Positions 28,974-38,217 of a DNA stretch of 50,285 bases are shown piece after piece. A program made the translations under genes and the position numbers. The DNA comes from a virus. Lineage: Duplodnaviria > Caudoviricetes. The first letter of the stretch is position 1. Each line of letters starts with the position of its first letter. The notes beneath the pieces were generated by a model. The model made no database searches, had not been told where the DNA came from, and was given only the letters and a program-made list of their open reading frames with translations. The stretch is taken from positions 1-50,285 of the IMG/VR virus record IMGVR_UViG_3300011253_000436. One strand, given 5' to 3'.

Positions 28974-29133
28974 CTCTAATAACGTCAACTCGTACATTTT
29001 CAACGTCTTCGTTAATAGGTTCTGCTTCGCCCTTTATTAGTTTCTTACGAGCGTCGCTTTTGTTTCTTGCTTCTACTTCCCATACACTCTTAACAATGGC
29101 AGTAGTAGTTATCGTGTATTTATCCATTCTCAC
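28948..29133 (-). CDS. Small protein, Y-x-V...V-x-A-x-S/N-xx-E/D-A family
   Basis: KYTITTTAIVKSVWEVEARNKSDA; similar to 37746-37934 and 42676-42852. Confidence 0.6.
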   Translation of the reverse strand: MRMDKYTITTTAIVKSVWEVEARNKSDARKKLIKGEAEPINEDVENVRVDVIRVKQASPAK

Positions 29134-29275
29134 TTAACCCCATTGCCTGTCTATACATTTCATCTTCATCTACTACCGGAGGAAGATTGGTAGCAGGCTT
29201 TGGGAGATACTTACCGTACTTCTTATTGAACTCCCTGATTGCTGCGTCGGGTATTACTATTTTTTCTTCGTTCAT
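29120..29275 (-). CDS. Hypothetical 51-aa protein (not in ORF track)
   Basis: MNEEKIVIPDAAIREFNKKYGKYLPKP...; GAGG RBS; fills the operon. Confidence 0.5.
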   Translation of the reverse strand: MNEEKIVIPDAAIREFNKKYGKYLPKPATNLPPVVDEDEMYRQAMGLSENG

Positions 29276-29378
29276 TTTTCACTTCCTCTTTTTTCTTTTC
29301 TTTCTTACCAAAAATAGAATCAAAGTTACTGTTAAAGGTGTCCTTGTTGTATGGACGAGGTGTAGAGCCTTTAGACAT
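29223..29378 (-). CDS. Hypothetical 51-aa basic protein (not in ORF track)
   Basis: MSKGSTPRPYNKDTFNSNFDSIFGKK...; AAGGA RBS. Confidence 0.55.
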   Translation of the reverse strand: MSKGSTPRPYNKDTFNSNFDSIFGKKEKKKEEVKNERRKNSNTRRSNQGVQ

Positions 29379-29395
29379 TACGGATTATCCTTCTA

Positions 29396-29551
29396 TCACA
29401 TTATCGCACAGCTACCTAACATAGATTTGTACACGATAATAAAGAAAGTAGCCATCAAAAGATTAGCCCCCCAAAACCAAGCAAACATTTCAAAGGTGTC
29501 TTTGTTTCCTTTAATAAAGGATTTAACCTTAGCCTTTTTAGTCTTTGTCAT
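29396..29551 (-). CDS. Small membrane protein, 51 aa (not in ORF track)
   Basis: MTKTKKAK...MFAWFWGANLLMATFFIIVY; TAATG coupling to the upstream gene. Confidence 0.55.
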   Translation of the reverse strand: MTKTKKAKVKSFIKGNKDTFEMFAWFWGANLLMATFFIIVYKSMLGSCAIM

Positions 29552-29745
29552 TACCAGTTTACTCCAAACCAAATACCAACGCCATGAACAATACCCACAG
29601 GAAACATAAACGCGCCAGCAATAAGTAAAAGATACTTAGCGTGGATAAGACAGTGAATAATGTGAGTAAACCATGCCCCTACGGACGTTATCATTAGTGC
29701 TAATGCAATGTATACCGAGTTTTCTTCGCTCATCGTTTTTCCCAT
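29551..29745 (-). CDS. Small membrane protein
   Basis: Two or three hydrophobic segments; FPVGIVHG motif. Confidence 0.65.
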   Translation of the reverse strand: MGKTMSEENSVYIALALMITSVGAWFTHIIHCLIHAKYLLLIAGAFMFPVGIVHGVGIWFGVNW

Positions 29746-29966
29746 TTACGTTTGTGCCTAGGTTTATTCCTAGGGGCTTCTTTGAATTGAGTAGGCTTAC
29801 CGCCCTTACCATTTAGAAAGTCTATGTTCTGATAGTAGGCAGCAGAGAATCCTCTGTGCCATTCTAAGTCTGTCATAGAGTCTCGCTTAAAGGGGCTAGA
29901 CATCAACCCCTTCACGAAACAGTTATAACCCCATTGATACGCCTTTTGAAGTCGTTCTGCTTTCAT
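29730..29966 (-). CDS. Ribosome modulation factor (Rmf)-like fold protein
   Basis: ERLQKAYQWGY....G....PF.......EWHRGF..A matches the Rmf pattern (RLERAHQRGY..G..CPY..W.GGW..A). Confidence 0.5.
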   Translation of the reverse strand: MKAERLQKAYQWGYNCFVKGLMSSPFKRDSMTDLEWHRGFSAAYYQNIDFLNGKGGKPTQFKEAPRNKPRHKRKWEKR

Positions 29967-30154
29967 TAAGTGCTTCCACTTTGTTTTTTATTGCTTTGTT
30001 TAGCGGCTTCGTACTCTGCACTGGACTGGACTGCAATGTAGTCGCAGCCATTATCAATAACCAATCTGCAAAAGTAGCCTAACACTTCCCCTTCGGAGTT
30101 GTGTACGGGTTCCAGTATATGCCCACAAGTAGGACATGGGGTCATTGCTGTCAA
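29966..30154 (-). CDS. Small zinc-ribbon protein
   Basis: CPTC...C.......C.Y. Confidence 0.6.
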   Translation of the reverse strand: MTAMTPCPTCGHILEPVHNSEGEVLGYFCRLVIDNGCDYIAVQSSAEYEAAKQSNKKQSGST

Positions 30155-30519
30155 ATTTTAGCCTCCTTCATTAACTCTATCATTTTCTTTGCGTACCAGA
30201 TAGCTTTATCTGCATTCTCAGAGGAAGAGCCTTTGTTCATCAGCCTAGCTCCGGTGTACTTAATAACATTACCATGACAGTAGTTAATAGCACCCTCAGT
30301 ACCGAGTACGTCGATAATGTAATCTATGGTTTCTATCTCACCTTTAGTGTAGTGGGCAGGACTGTTTACCATGTCTTCTTCAACCTTTTGGATTGAATCG
30401 GATGGGGAGGGGTTAGCTTTTACCCTAACAGAATCCCAGTCTGCGGGAGTGGCATCGTCAATAGATTCTTTAGGGCTTTGCCACTTCTGTACATGAGGGG
30501 AAGTGTAGCTTGTTGTCAT
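30151..30519 (-). CDS. DUF3310 (T7 gp1.7/SaV-like) domain protein
   Basis: DMVNSPAHYTKGEIETIDYI..GNVIKY..R...KA.WY. Confidence 0.85.
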   Translation of the reverse strand: MTTSYTSPHVQKWQSPKESIDDATPADWDSVRVKANPSPSDSIQKVEEDMVNSPAHYTKGEIETIDYIIDVLGTEGAINYCHGNVIKYTGARLMNKGSSSENADKAIWYAKKMIELMKEAKI

Positions 30520-30887
30520 TACTTATCTCCTTTTGGAGTTCTGTCTTCGGGGAAAATAGATACTACGGGCTGGCCTTTTGTAGTCTTCTTCTTACTCTTT
30601 TCCTTACTACCCCTTTCTCGTAGCTCTTCTATAATATCCTCTGCACCTTCAAAGAAAGATAACATAGATGCTTCACCTAAGTCTTGGACGTACTCTAACT
30701 TTATCTGGAGCAGCGTAGATATGCCATGCTGCAAGCTAGCTAGCCATTCGTAGATCTCGTCATCGAGACTATCAGTAAGAGTGTGGGACGAGCGTATAAC
30801 TAAGTCGTCGCCCGTAGAGGAAAGGATTATAACTACAGAGTCGTCTGCAACGTGGTAATTATAGTCGGGGGGATTGGGTATAGGCAT
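30519..30887 (-). CDS. Hypothetical protein
   Basis: 122-aa ORF in a tightly packed operon. Confidence 0.65.
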   Translation of the reverse strand: MPIPNPPDYNYHVADDSVVIILSSTGDDLVIRSSHTLTDSLDDEIYEWLASLQHGISTLLQIKLEYVQDLGEASMLSFFEGAEDIIEELRERGSKEKSKKKTTKGQPVVSIFPEDRTPKGDK

Positions 30888-30889
30888 TC

Positions 30890-31336
30890 TTACGCACCTC
30901 TTATTTTTTTAATGATTCCTAGGGATTTTCTGTTTACTTTCTCTCGCATCCATTCTTCAGGTATTAACTTAGACGCATGGAGAAAGCCGTTCTTCTCAGC
31001 CCACATACAAACTGTGGTCTTACTTCCTTTTCTAATTTTAGTAGACTTACTGTGGAATACAAACCTAATATCTAAATCAGGGAACTGCTCTCGAATTAGT
31101 AAGTGCTTCTTCCGGTCATCAGAAACAAAGATACCTTTGGACTCTATGACTATACCATTGGGTAGACAGAAGTCAGGGGTATACGTTTTGTTTTGAGCAG
31201 GCCATGTATACGGTATCTTAAATGGTTCGTACTCTGCTTCACAGCCGCACTCCTCTAGTTGGTCATATATCTTAGCCTCAAGGCCAGATCTAAATCCTCT
31301 AACAAAGGCGGCTCGGTTAGCCGGTGCAGGTCTCAT
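30890..31336 (-). CDS. Endonuclease I (T7 gp3-like Holliday junction resolvase)
   Basis: FRSGLE, YTPDFCLPNGIVIESKG, DRKKHLLIREQFPDLDIRFVF. Confidence 0.92.
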   Translation of the reverse strand: MRPAPANRAAFVRGFRSGLEAKIYDQLEECGCEAEYEPFKIPYTWPAQNKTYTPDFCLPNGIVIESKGIFVSDDRKKHLLIREQFPDLDIRFVFHSKSTKIRKGSKTTVCMWAEKNGFLHASKLIPEEWMREKVNRKSLGIIKKIRGA

Positions 31337-31497
31337 CAATACTCCTCTTCACATATAGCAAAAATAATAATACATATTAACGCGACAGGCAGTGCTAGCT
31401 GTACCGCTTCAAGATCCTCAAATACAAAGTGTATACCTAACATAATTAAGGTAGCTGCGATAAAGGAGGCCAGTATTTTTTTAGTTAATTGACTCAT
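31336..31497 (-). CDS. Small two-TM membrane protein, 53 aa (not in ORF track)
   Basis: MSQLTKKILASFIAATLIMLGIHF...LALPVALICIIIFAI; TGATG coupling to the endonuclease gene. Confidence 0.6.
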   Translation of the reverse strand: MSQLTKKILASFIAATLIMLGIHFVFEDLEAVQLALPVALICIIIFAICEEEY

Positions 31498-32365
31498 CTA
31501 TTCCGTACTCCGTATACCAATAGTGTTTAGGGTTTTGTGCTTTAGTAGTAGTAGCAGGTAGAAACTTAGCTTCAGGCCAACAGGACTTCATGTAGGGGCA
31601 GAAGGTACAAGTCATAGGGACTTTCATACTTCCCGTAGGCTTCTTTCCTCTAGTGGTCTCTACTTCGGCCTTAAAGCACTTCTTAAACGGAGCGTCACTG
31701 AATACCAAGTCTACCGTATCAGCCATCTCTCGTCTTTGTTTGGCGAGGTCTACTTCATCTAGTTCAGCACCAACTATGGTAACTTCACCAGTAGACTTAT
31801 TAACTACTACCCAACCACCTGCTTCTTTACCTTGGGCATCAGAATAGCCTACCATCTGCTTCATGTAGCCAAACGGATCGTCTTTCTTTAGCCCTGATAT
31901 ACCATTACGCCACTTGTTGTTGAAGGCGTATGGAGAGCAGCTCTTAGTATCGAATACAGCATTGTCGATATGAATATCGTCTTGGCCTTTTATGGTTCTG
32001 TTGTTTATCTTTAACTTTACGTCTTCTTTGCCGCCAGTGATGTTTAACCCGGCTGCTTTAAGTAGGACTTCCATAATACACTCGGTAGCATCACCTAGCA
32101 TCATTTTGACTATAAAGTTGTACTCATTGCGGGAACGTGGTGCGCCTTCCTTCTCTCTTTGTAACTGACAAGTAGGCTTTCCGATATTAGACATTCGGAT
32201 TCTAAAGTCTTCTTTGGGGCGGGGTGCGAGTTGTTTTCGGAGGCAATCTTTAAACATCTCGCCGGACTCTTCTATCCAATCATCGTCAATCTCAACAGGC
32301 TCCGAATTGGAGAGCCTGTCAAGACATAACTTTAACTGAGCCTCTAAGAGTTCAGCGTTAGCCAC
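31481..32365 (-). CDS. PD-(D/E)XK / Cas4-like exonuclease
   Basis: RMSNIGKPTCQL, G..D..ID..VFDTKS, Q..GY and C-terminal CTFCPYMKSCW motifs. Confidence 0.8.
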   Translation of the reverse strand: MANAELLEAQLKLCLDRLSNSEPVEIDDDWIEESGEMFKDCLRKQLAPRPKEDFRIRMSNIGKPTCQLQREKEGAPRSRNEYNFIVKMMLGDATECIMEVLLKAAGLNITGGKEDVKLKINNRTIKGQDDIHIDNAVFDTKSCSPYAFNNKWRNGISGLKKDDPFGYMKQMVGYSDAQGKEAGGWVVVNKSTGEVTIVGAELDEVDLAKQRREMADTVDLVFSDAPFKKCFKAEVETTRGKKPTGSMKVPMTCTFCPYMKSCWPEAKFLPATTTKAQNPKHYWYTEYGIDESIN

Positions 32366-33179
32366 TTACTAAGTCGCCGGCTAGAGCACTTTCAATATCC
32401 GCACCAATACTATCACTTTCAGCATTAGCCCGCATAGCTTCTTCGTAAGAGCGATTTACCTGCTCGTTCTCACCTTTAACGTACTCTAGTACTACTTGCA
32501 TTGCATCAACAGTGTCTTGATCTAAACCTAGAGGAGACATAAAGTCTACGTCGAAGTCCATCACAAAGTAAATTACACTGCCTTCTTTCTTTTTAACCGA
32601 AGATATTTCACATTCGTAATTGTAAATCTGCTTGTTGGCCGGTAACTTATCTACTACTTGGCGACCAAATGGCATAAAGTTAGCACCCTTCAGGCGTATA
32701 CAGCAGCCTACAGGTCCTACAGTTACTTCTTTACCATCAGCAGTCTTACCAGTGTACTCCACAATACCGTACAGCATACGGAAACAAGTAATGGATTTAT
32801 ACAGAGGCTTTTCTTCGGGATGCTCGGCTAGATACTTACTAGAAGGCTTACCGCATCGTAGAGTACCCTTCTGGTCTCTAGCTTCTTTATTGAAGTTAGG
32901 GATCATCAAAGTCTTATTGACCAGTTTGCTTTCTTCAAGATCAAAGTCTAGCCATTGGTAGTATTGAGCGATAGGCTTAAACTTAACTTTCTCAGCATAC
33001 ACAGGCTCTTCTTGGTCAGTGAGCATGAATGTACCTTTCTTTAGTTGACGCTCAAAGTCGTCCTCTTCAGAATAGTTTAGTTTAAGTACAGGGATTCGGT
33101 CTGTAGTTTCTTCAACTAGACCGAGGGATTTTGCTAGTGCGCGTTCATCTTCTGCGCTGATTGTTGCTAGTTCAGACAT
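32358..33179 (-). CDS. Putative single-stranded DNA-binding/recombination protein
   Basis: Between polymerase and exonuclease; beta-rich core with an acidic C-terminus. Confidence 0.55.
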   Translation of the reverse strand: MSELATISAEDERALAKSLGLVEETTDRIPVLKLNYSEEDDFERQLKKGTFMLTDQEEPVYAEKVKFKPIAQYYQWLDFDLEESKLVNKTLMIPNFNKEARDQKGTLRCGKPSSKYLAEHPEEKPLYKSITCFRMLYGIVEYTGKTADGKEVTVGPVGCCIRLKGANFMPFGRQVVDKLPANKQIYNYECEISSVKKKEGSVIYFVMDFDVDFMSPLGLDQDTVDAMQVVLEYVKGENEQVNRSYEEAMRANAESDSIGADIESALAGDLVSG

Positions 33180-33220
33180 TATTGTCTCCTATTGATTATG
33201 GATTTTGGATTATACTACTA

Positions 33221-35347
33221 TTAATTAAGATGTGCAATATCAATTTCTTCTTGCTCAAGCCAATCTTTACCTACTTGTATTTCTATATCCAAGGGTAGAC
33301 CAAAGGTATAGTCGTACCTAGTTTGGATCTCTTCACCTACTTCGTACATAGCCCAGTGCAGAGCCTCTACTACCTTATCTAGCTCATCTGGAGCACAATC
33401 TACAACGATAGAATCGTGTACAGATAAGATTATCTTAGATACAAGGTTAAGCTCGTTGAACTTTCGTAAAGCTCTCACACAGGACAATGGAACAATGTCT
33501 GCTGTAGCGAAAGACTGTACAGGGAAGTTTTTTATCTGGGTAGCATTACTAACGCCCCCATTCTTAAAGCGTTTAACATCGGGGAACTTAAACTGGCGGC
33601 CTGATGGTATAGTGATAAGTGTATCTCTAAGTACGCCGGTTATTAGTTCGTCGTGCCAACTCTTTAAACCTTTATATATGTTGAAGTATTCATCGAAGTA
33701 AGCCTTTATGTGCGGAGCTTCTCCCATCCCCATACCACCGTACAGGGGAGCAAAGGTATACGCTTTGGCTGCCTGTCTCTCGTCTTTAGTTATTTGAGAT
33801 TCAGGTTTACGGTTAATGATGCTAGCAGTCTGCCTATGAACGTCCTTACCTTTAGTAATATCACTTATCACTTGTGGGTCTTTAGATAGTTCACCGGCAA
33901 CCCTAAACTCTAGACCGCTAAAGTCAGCTTCTATAATGCTACCACCTTCAAAGCGGGACACTACACAGCTACGGACAGGGAACTTACCGCCCTTCGGTTG
34001 GTTTTGAAAGTTAGGGTTAGAGCTAGATAGCCGCCCAGTCTTAGTTCTACACTGGTTAAACTGTGCGTGTAGCAGACCGTCGCTCCTAGTCCATGTTTCT
34101 ATACCATTAACGAAACTATCTAAGTAAGTAGAGATGGCATTGAGTCTCATGTAACCCTCTAAGAACTCTACCGCCTTATCCTTACCGCTAGCCTTAGCTT
34201 CGCCCACCAGTCTTTTTATCGTGACCTTACTGGTTGAGAACCCATTAACGCATACGTCTTTAACGCCTTGAGGAACCATACCAAAACCGGCAGTCTCTTT
34301 TGTCTGTACTAACAAGTAACCTCTTCCGTTACACACAGCGCAAGTACTAGCTTTTTTATACGGCTCACCATTCTTTTTAGTCTTTAGATACTGGCCTCTA
34401 CCTTTGCAAGTTACACAGTGCTCTGCTTTAGTCTTCTTAGCTACTTTAGTTGTGCGTCTAACGGCCTTAACAAACGCAGCAGGGGTCATCTTAGGCCTAA
34501 ATAAAGGTCTGCCTCTAGGGTTGTAGCCTAGGTTGAACACTTGTTTGTGTTCTCCCTTATTAACGAAATCCCTACTATATATTACCGTTGACATATCCTG
34601 ACCACTGGCTAAATTAACCGGCGTGTCGCCCATAACATCTTCAGTAAGAGCCTGTAACCTAGCCTCTATCTCTTCTTTCTCAGCTAAGTAGTCCTCTTTT
34701 ACACTGGCTAACCGTTTTTGATCTATGAATATACCATTCTCTTCCATGTTCACTAAGAACAATAGAAACTCATTCATTAGATCTAACGTAGGCTTCAGGC
34801 CTTCATTCTCAGGTAAGTCGTAGTCCTTGCATTGGTCTACATATATCTCTGCACAAGAGATTACATCTGCATCAGCGTACTCAATGACAGTGGCTAAGGC
34901 TATCTCCTCAAAGCCTACACCAGATTTAAACTGGGCATCTACTAAGTCAGACTTCTTCAGGGATACTCCTCGTCTCTCTGCCGTTTTAGACAAAGATTTA
35001 GGTATCATCTGGCCTCGGTCAATGACGTACTCCCCTATCATAGTGCAGTAGCACTTCTCAGGTAAGACAAAACCACTACCTTGCAGGGCTAAGATGTCGA
35101 ACTTGGCATTGTGAGCTACTAAAAGGTCTGCACCATCAAGCGCTTCTTGCAATTCTACAGGGCAGTCCGGTACTTCCTGTTCGTTATGGTAAAAGATAGC
35201 TCTCTTAGGCTCTCCCACAAACTCTGTGCCTTCCATCATATGCCAGTGGGCAGACACTAATTTGTTCTTCGGATGAAACGGAGCGTTATCTATAACTCCA
35301 TTCTCTCTCTGTACAGTTGTTTCACAATCTATAATAATCGTCTTCAT
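33221..35347 (-). CDS. polA: Family A DNA polymerase with a DnaJ-like zinc-finger insertion (HMO-2011-type)
   Basis: Exonuclease motifs DCET, HNAKFD, YADAD; CVTCKGRG and CAVCNGRG; TGRLSS; motif A DFSGLEFR; motif B RQAAKAYTFAPLYG; motif C VHDS. Confidence 0.95.
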   Translation of the reverse strand: MKTIIIDCETTVQRENGVIDNAPFHPKNKLVSAHWHMMEGTEFVGEPKRAIFYHNEQEVPDCPVELQEALDGADLLVAHNAKFDILALQGSGFVLPEKCYCTMIGEYVIDRGQMIPKSLSKTAERRGVSLKKSDLVDAQFKSGVGFEEIALATVIEYADADVISCAEIYVDQCKDYDLPENEGLKPTLDLMNEFLLFLVNMEENGIFIDQKRLASVKEDYLAEKEEIEARLQALTEDVMGDTPVNLASGQDMSTVIYSRDFVNKGEHKQVFNLGYNPRGRPLFRPKMTPAAFVKAVRRTTKVAKKTKAEHCVTCKGRGQYLKTKKNGEPYKKASTCAVCNGRGYLLVQTKETAGFGMVPQGVKDVCVNGFSTSKVTIKRLVGEAKASGKDKAVEFLEGYMRLNAISTYLDSFVNGIETWTRSDGLLHAQFNQCRTKTGRLSSSNPNFQNQPKGGKFPVRSCVVSRFEGGSIIEADFSGLEFRVAGELSKDPQVISDITKGKDVHRQTASIINRKPESQITKDERQAAKAYTFAPLYGGMGMGEAPHIKAYFDEYFNIYKGLKSWHDELITGVLRDTLITIPSGRQFKFPDVKRFKNGGVSNATQIKNFPVQSFATADIVPLSCVRALRKFNELNLVSKIILSVHDSIVVDCAPDELDKVVEALHWAMYEVGEEIQTRYDYTFGLPLDIEIQVGKDWLEQEEIDIAHLN

Positions 35348-35589
35348 TCTTCATCTCCGAATGTACCTGTAAATTGAATTACAAAGCGGTTAGGGCAGAG
35401 ACCTAGTATGTTGTATGCAATCCAACTAACAGAGTCCTCTTCGCTCATATCGTCTCGCTCCATAAAGAAGTCCACCATCTTGTAGTAGTCATAAACTAGC
35501 CACATATTCTGGTCAACACCTACTACACAAGAGTCTAGCCCAGTAAGTATTAACGCTCTAGGGTCTAAATCTTCTCGATATACTTGCAT
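35344..35589 (-). CDS. Hypothetical protein
   Basis: GLDSCVVG..LVYDYYKMV..MSEEDSVSWI.YNI pattern; coupled on both sides. Confidence 0.7.
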   Translation of the reverse strand: MQVYREDLDPRALILTGLDSCVVGVDQNMWLVYDYYKMVDFFMERDDMSEEDSVSWIAYNILGLCPNRFVIQFTGTFGDEE

Positions 35590-36836
35590 TATTCAGTGTA
35601 CCTCGAACGATAGGGGTCTATCCTACAGGTTATAGTGCCATGATAGCCATTCAATTTATTCTTACCTACAGTAATGAATCTAGACACGTTATCTTCGTCG
35701 TCCCCAGAGTCTCCCGTAGTATCATCGTCGTACTTGCCTATACCAAAAACAAGGTCTGCTTCAGCAAACTTACCTATTTTACTGCCCTCTGCATCAAAAG
35801 GCGTGACTCTCGTTCTACCAGAAGCACTGGCATTAGCTTGAGATACACCAATGATGGCACAATTCTGCCTCTTGGCTACCTCGCGTAACTGTAAGTACAA
35901 CTCTCTAAGTTTATGGTGGTTAGCCTCAAACGCCCCACTTACCGCTACCTTGTCGGCTTGGTCAATAAAAACAACGTCAGGCTTTATAGACTGTATGTGA
36001 GCCTCAAGAGTACTTATATCCCAACCCTGACCATTCCTGAAGTCCAACTTACGGTACATATCATGTGCCTTGTAGAGATCTACTGCGGCCTTTAGATTCT
36101 TAGGGTTACCTTCTAGCTCTTTCTGAGTAAAGCCAGTGTAGGCGGTGACTGCTCGTTTTTGGTGTTTAGTGTGAGCTTCCTCATTACAGACGAATAAACA
36201 TTTAGCACCTTGGGCAGCAAACCCGTCTGGTGCAGCAGCTAAAGATAAACAAAATGCAGTCTTACCTGTTTCAGGGGTAGCTAAAACTACAGCAAACTCC
36301 GTAGCGCCTATGCCGTAGACTTTACGACTTAATGTACCTATATTAAATTGCCATCTACCTTCGTCTGATTCGTTAGCTATTAACTCCTCTAAATCAAACT
36401 CTTCGTAGTCTGCCACTTCGTCAGGCGTGAACCCGTCTGCAAGCCTCTCTAGATAAGAAGTCAACCGTATGAATCCGTCGTAGTTGCCTTCGCTTATCTC
36501 TAAGCCTAGGTTAGCAATTTTACGTCCCGCTTCCCTTTTCCATAGACCAGATAGGACATCTCCGGCAATCTCAGGGGACAGAGGGTCGGACAGGCCAATA
36601 TCCTCAATTAAGGACGCTATCATGTCTGTTTCAGCCTTAGTGGCTACAGGGTAGGATTCTTTGTACAGGTGGAGTAGGGAGTGAGTGCTTAAATCTTGCC
36701 CGTATTTGTTGTGGGCAGTGGTGATTAAGCTATATAAAGTGTTTAGGTCTCCTTCCCAAAGGTGAGCGGCTAAACGGGATTGGTTGGTGCTATAAAAATC
36801 ATGGGACAAAAGGTTCTTAAATAAACTGAGAGACAT
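35589..36836 (-). CDS. DnaB-like (SF4) replicative helicase
   Basis: Walker A ATPETGKT, NEE, Walker B VVFIDQ, SQA, EADL, KNKLNG. Confidence 0.9.
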   Translation of the reverse strand: MSLSLFKNLLSHDFYSTNQSRLAAHLWEGDLNTLYSLITTAHNKYGQDLSTHSLLHLYKESYPVATKAETDMIASLIEDIGLSDPLSPEIAGDVLSGLWKREAGRKIANLGLEISEGNYDGFIRLTSYLERLADGFTPDEVADYEEFDLEELIANESDEGRWQFNIGTLSRKVYGIGATEFAVVLATPETGKTAFCLSLAAAPDGFAAQGAKCLFVCNEEAHTKHQKRAVTAYTGFTQKELEGNPKNLKAAVDLYKAHDMYRKLDFRNGQGWDISTLEAHIQSIKPDVVFIDQADKVAVSGAFEANHHKLRELYLQLREVAKRQNCAIIGVSQANASASGRTRVTPFDAEGSKIGKFAEADLVFGIGKYDDDTTGDSGDDEDNVSRFITVGKNKLNGYHGTITCRIDPYRSRYTE

Positions 36837-36913
36837 TTCTGCGTCCTCGCTAATGGGTTAAATTGTAAGTATACAAACAGGCGGGTGAGTATACAGCCTA
36901 GCTTTGTATAGGG

Positions 36914-37684
36914 TCAAGTAGATAGAAAGTCGGACACCTCACTTGCATCTAAATGCTTCAAGTCTAAGCCATTGAGGAACTTAGTGCGGACGTTAGTATA
37001 TCCGTCCAGTTGTCGGGATAACCGTAGGCCTTTCTTACTGGCATCCTTATCTAAACAGACAATGACATTCTGATACTTAACTGCTTGCATCTTCTGTGTC
37101 CGGTCTAGGTTAGTGCCGAGTAAGGCTAGTCCAGTGTACTCATGGCTAACTGCACAGGCAGACGGGGCATCTTCGACTATTACCGCAGTATCCGCGTAAA
37201 CTCCCGTACTAGAGACTACAAAACAACCAGTAGTATCTCCGTAGGTACGCCACTTAGGTATCTTTCCGGTTATAGACCGACCAACGTAGCCTTTCCCCTC
37301 ATTCATACCGAACAGAATCCTATCTTCTGCCGGTGAATAGCGTATTTCTACTCGGTGGTTAAGGTGAGCATCTAAGCAGTGAGACTTAGCTAGCCAGTCT
37401 ACTAACAACGGACGAGAATCCACTGCTACTAATGTGTCCGGTATACCGCTCTTACACAATACCTTTGGTGGTGTATTGTGTATAGCATTAGATAGCTCTA
37501 CGCTAGTTCTATCAGTGCGTAGGCTTCCTCTAACGGTACAGGTAGCCTTAAAACAATTCCAAAGGAGTCTACCGTCCCTACGGGTGACGTACAGCTTAGA
37601 ACGCCCTCCACAATAGGGACAGTTTAACTTAAGGGTCTCATCAGGGGCTATGGACAGGCCTCTAACAAAATCAGCCTCTCTCAT
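36914..37684 (-). CDS. DNA primase (zinc finger + Toprim)
   Basis: CPYC..WNCFKATC zinc finger; VIVED, ALLGT and CLDKDA Toprim motifs. Confidence 0.88.
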   Translation of the reverse strand: MREADFVRGLSIAPDETLKLNCPYCGGRSKLYVTRRDGRLLWNCFKATCTVRGSLRTDRTSVELSNAIHNTPPKVLCKSGIPDTLVAVDSRPLLVDWLAKSHCLDAHLNHRVEIRYSPAEDRILFGMNEGKGYVGRSITGKIPKWRTYGDTTGCFVVSSTGVYADTAVIVEDAPSACAVSHEYTGLALLGTNLDRTQKMQAVKYQNVIVCLDKDASKKGLRLSRQLDGYTNVRTKFLNGLDLKHLDASEVSDFLST

Positions 37685-37745
37685 ACCTCATGCTCTAGCA
37701 TATATTCAAGGACAGCAATTAACCTAACTTTAAATTCTAAATCCG

Positions 37746-37934
37746 TCATAACAGGCGCTCCTCTTCAGTTACTTTCCTAACATTAAATACGCTTTGCTCA
37801 GTTAGCAGGTCATACTCACATACATCATCAAATACGCCCTCTCTAACCATAGAAACGGCTTCCTCTTCACTATCCGCAGTAACCACATAGGTTACAGGGG
37901 TATAGTTGGTAGCAGTTACTTTATACGTCCCCAT
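37746..37934 (-). CDS. Small protein, Y-x-V...V-x-A-x-S-xx-EA family
   Basis: TYKVTATNYTPVTYVVTADSEEEA. Confidence 0.7.
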   Translation of the reverse strand: MGTYKVTATNYTPVTYVVTADSEEEAVSMVREGVFDDVCEYDLLTEQSVFNVRKVTEEERLL

Positions 37935-38217
37935 TATACATTCCTCCGGTTGCAGGCGTTAGCAGGGTAGCTACTTCTTCTTCAGAAATAGGAATGTCGT
38001 CACTACCTAGTGCCTTATCAGAGAATAAACGTAGTTGGTGGAGCACTTCTTGGTCGCTATAGCCTCGCTCCATAGCATTATCACCAAAGGCTAGCTCGTA
38101 GACTGCTTCGGTGAATCTATAGGCTTGATATAGGCTTCGTTCTAGGATATGTACGTCGCGGGTTAGCTTCTGTACATCGTTAAGGAGGGTTTCAGTTGGT
38201 TCTACATACTTAGTCAT
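37921..38217 (-). CDS. Hypothetical protein
   Basis: 98 aa, GAGG RBS; YELAFGDNA..GYS..EV motif. Confidence 0.7.
   Translation of the reverse strand: MTKYVEPTETLLNDVQKLTRDVHILERSLYQAYRFTEAVYELAFGDNAMERGYSDQEVLHQLRLFSDKALGSDDIPISEEEVATLLTPATGGMYNGDV

Noticed and set aside
29187-29609. Plus-strand ORFs 29187-29609 and 29239-29424
   Set aside because: The region is fully tiled by three short minus-strand genes with RBSs or coupled starts.
31481-32365. Cas4-like gene as evidence of a CRISPR system
   Set aside because: Solo Cas4-like nucleases are ordinary in phage replication modules, and no array is present.
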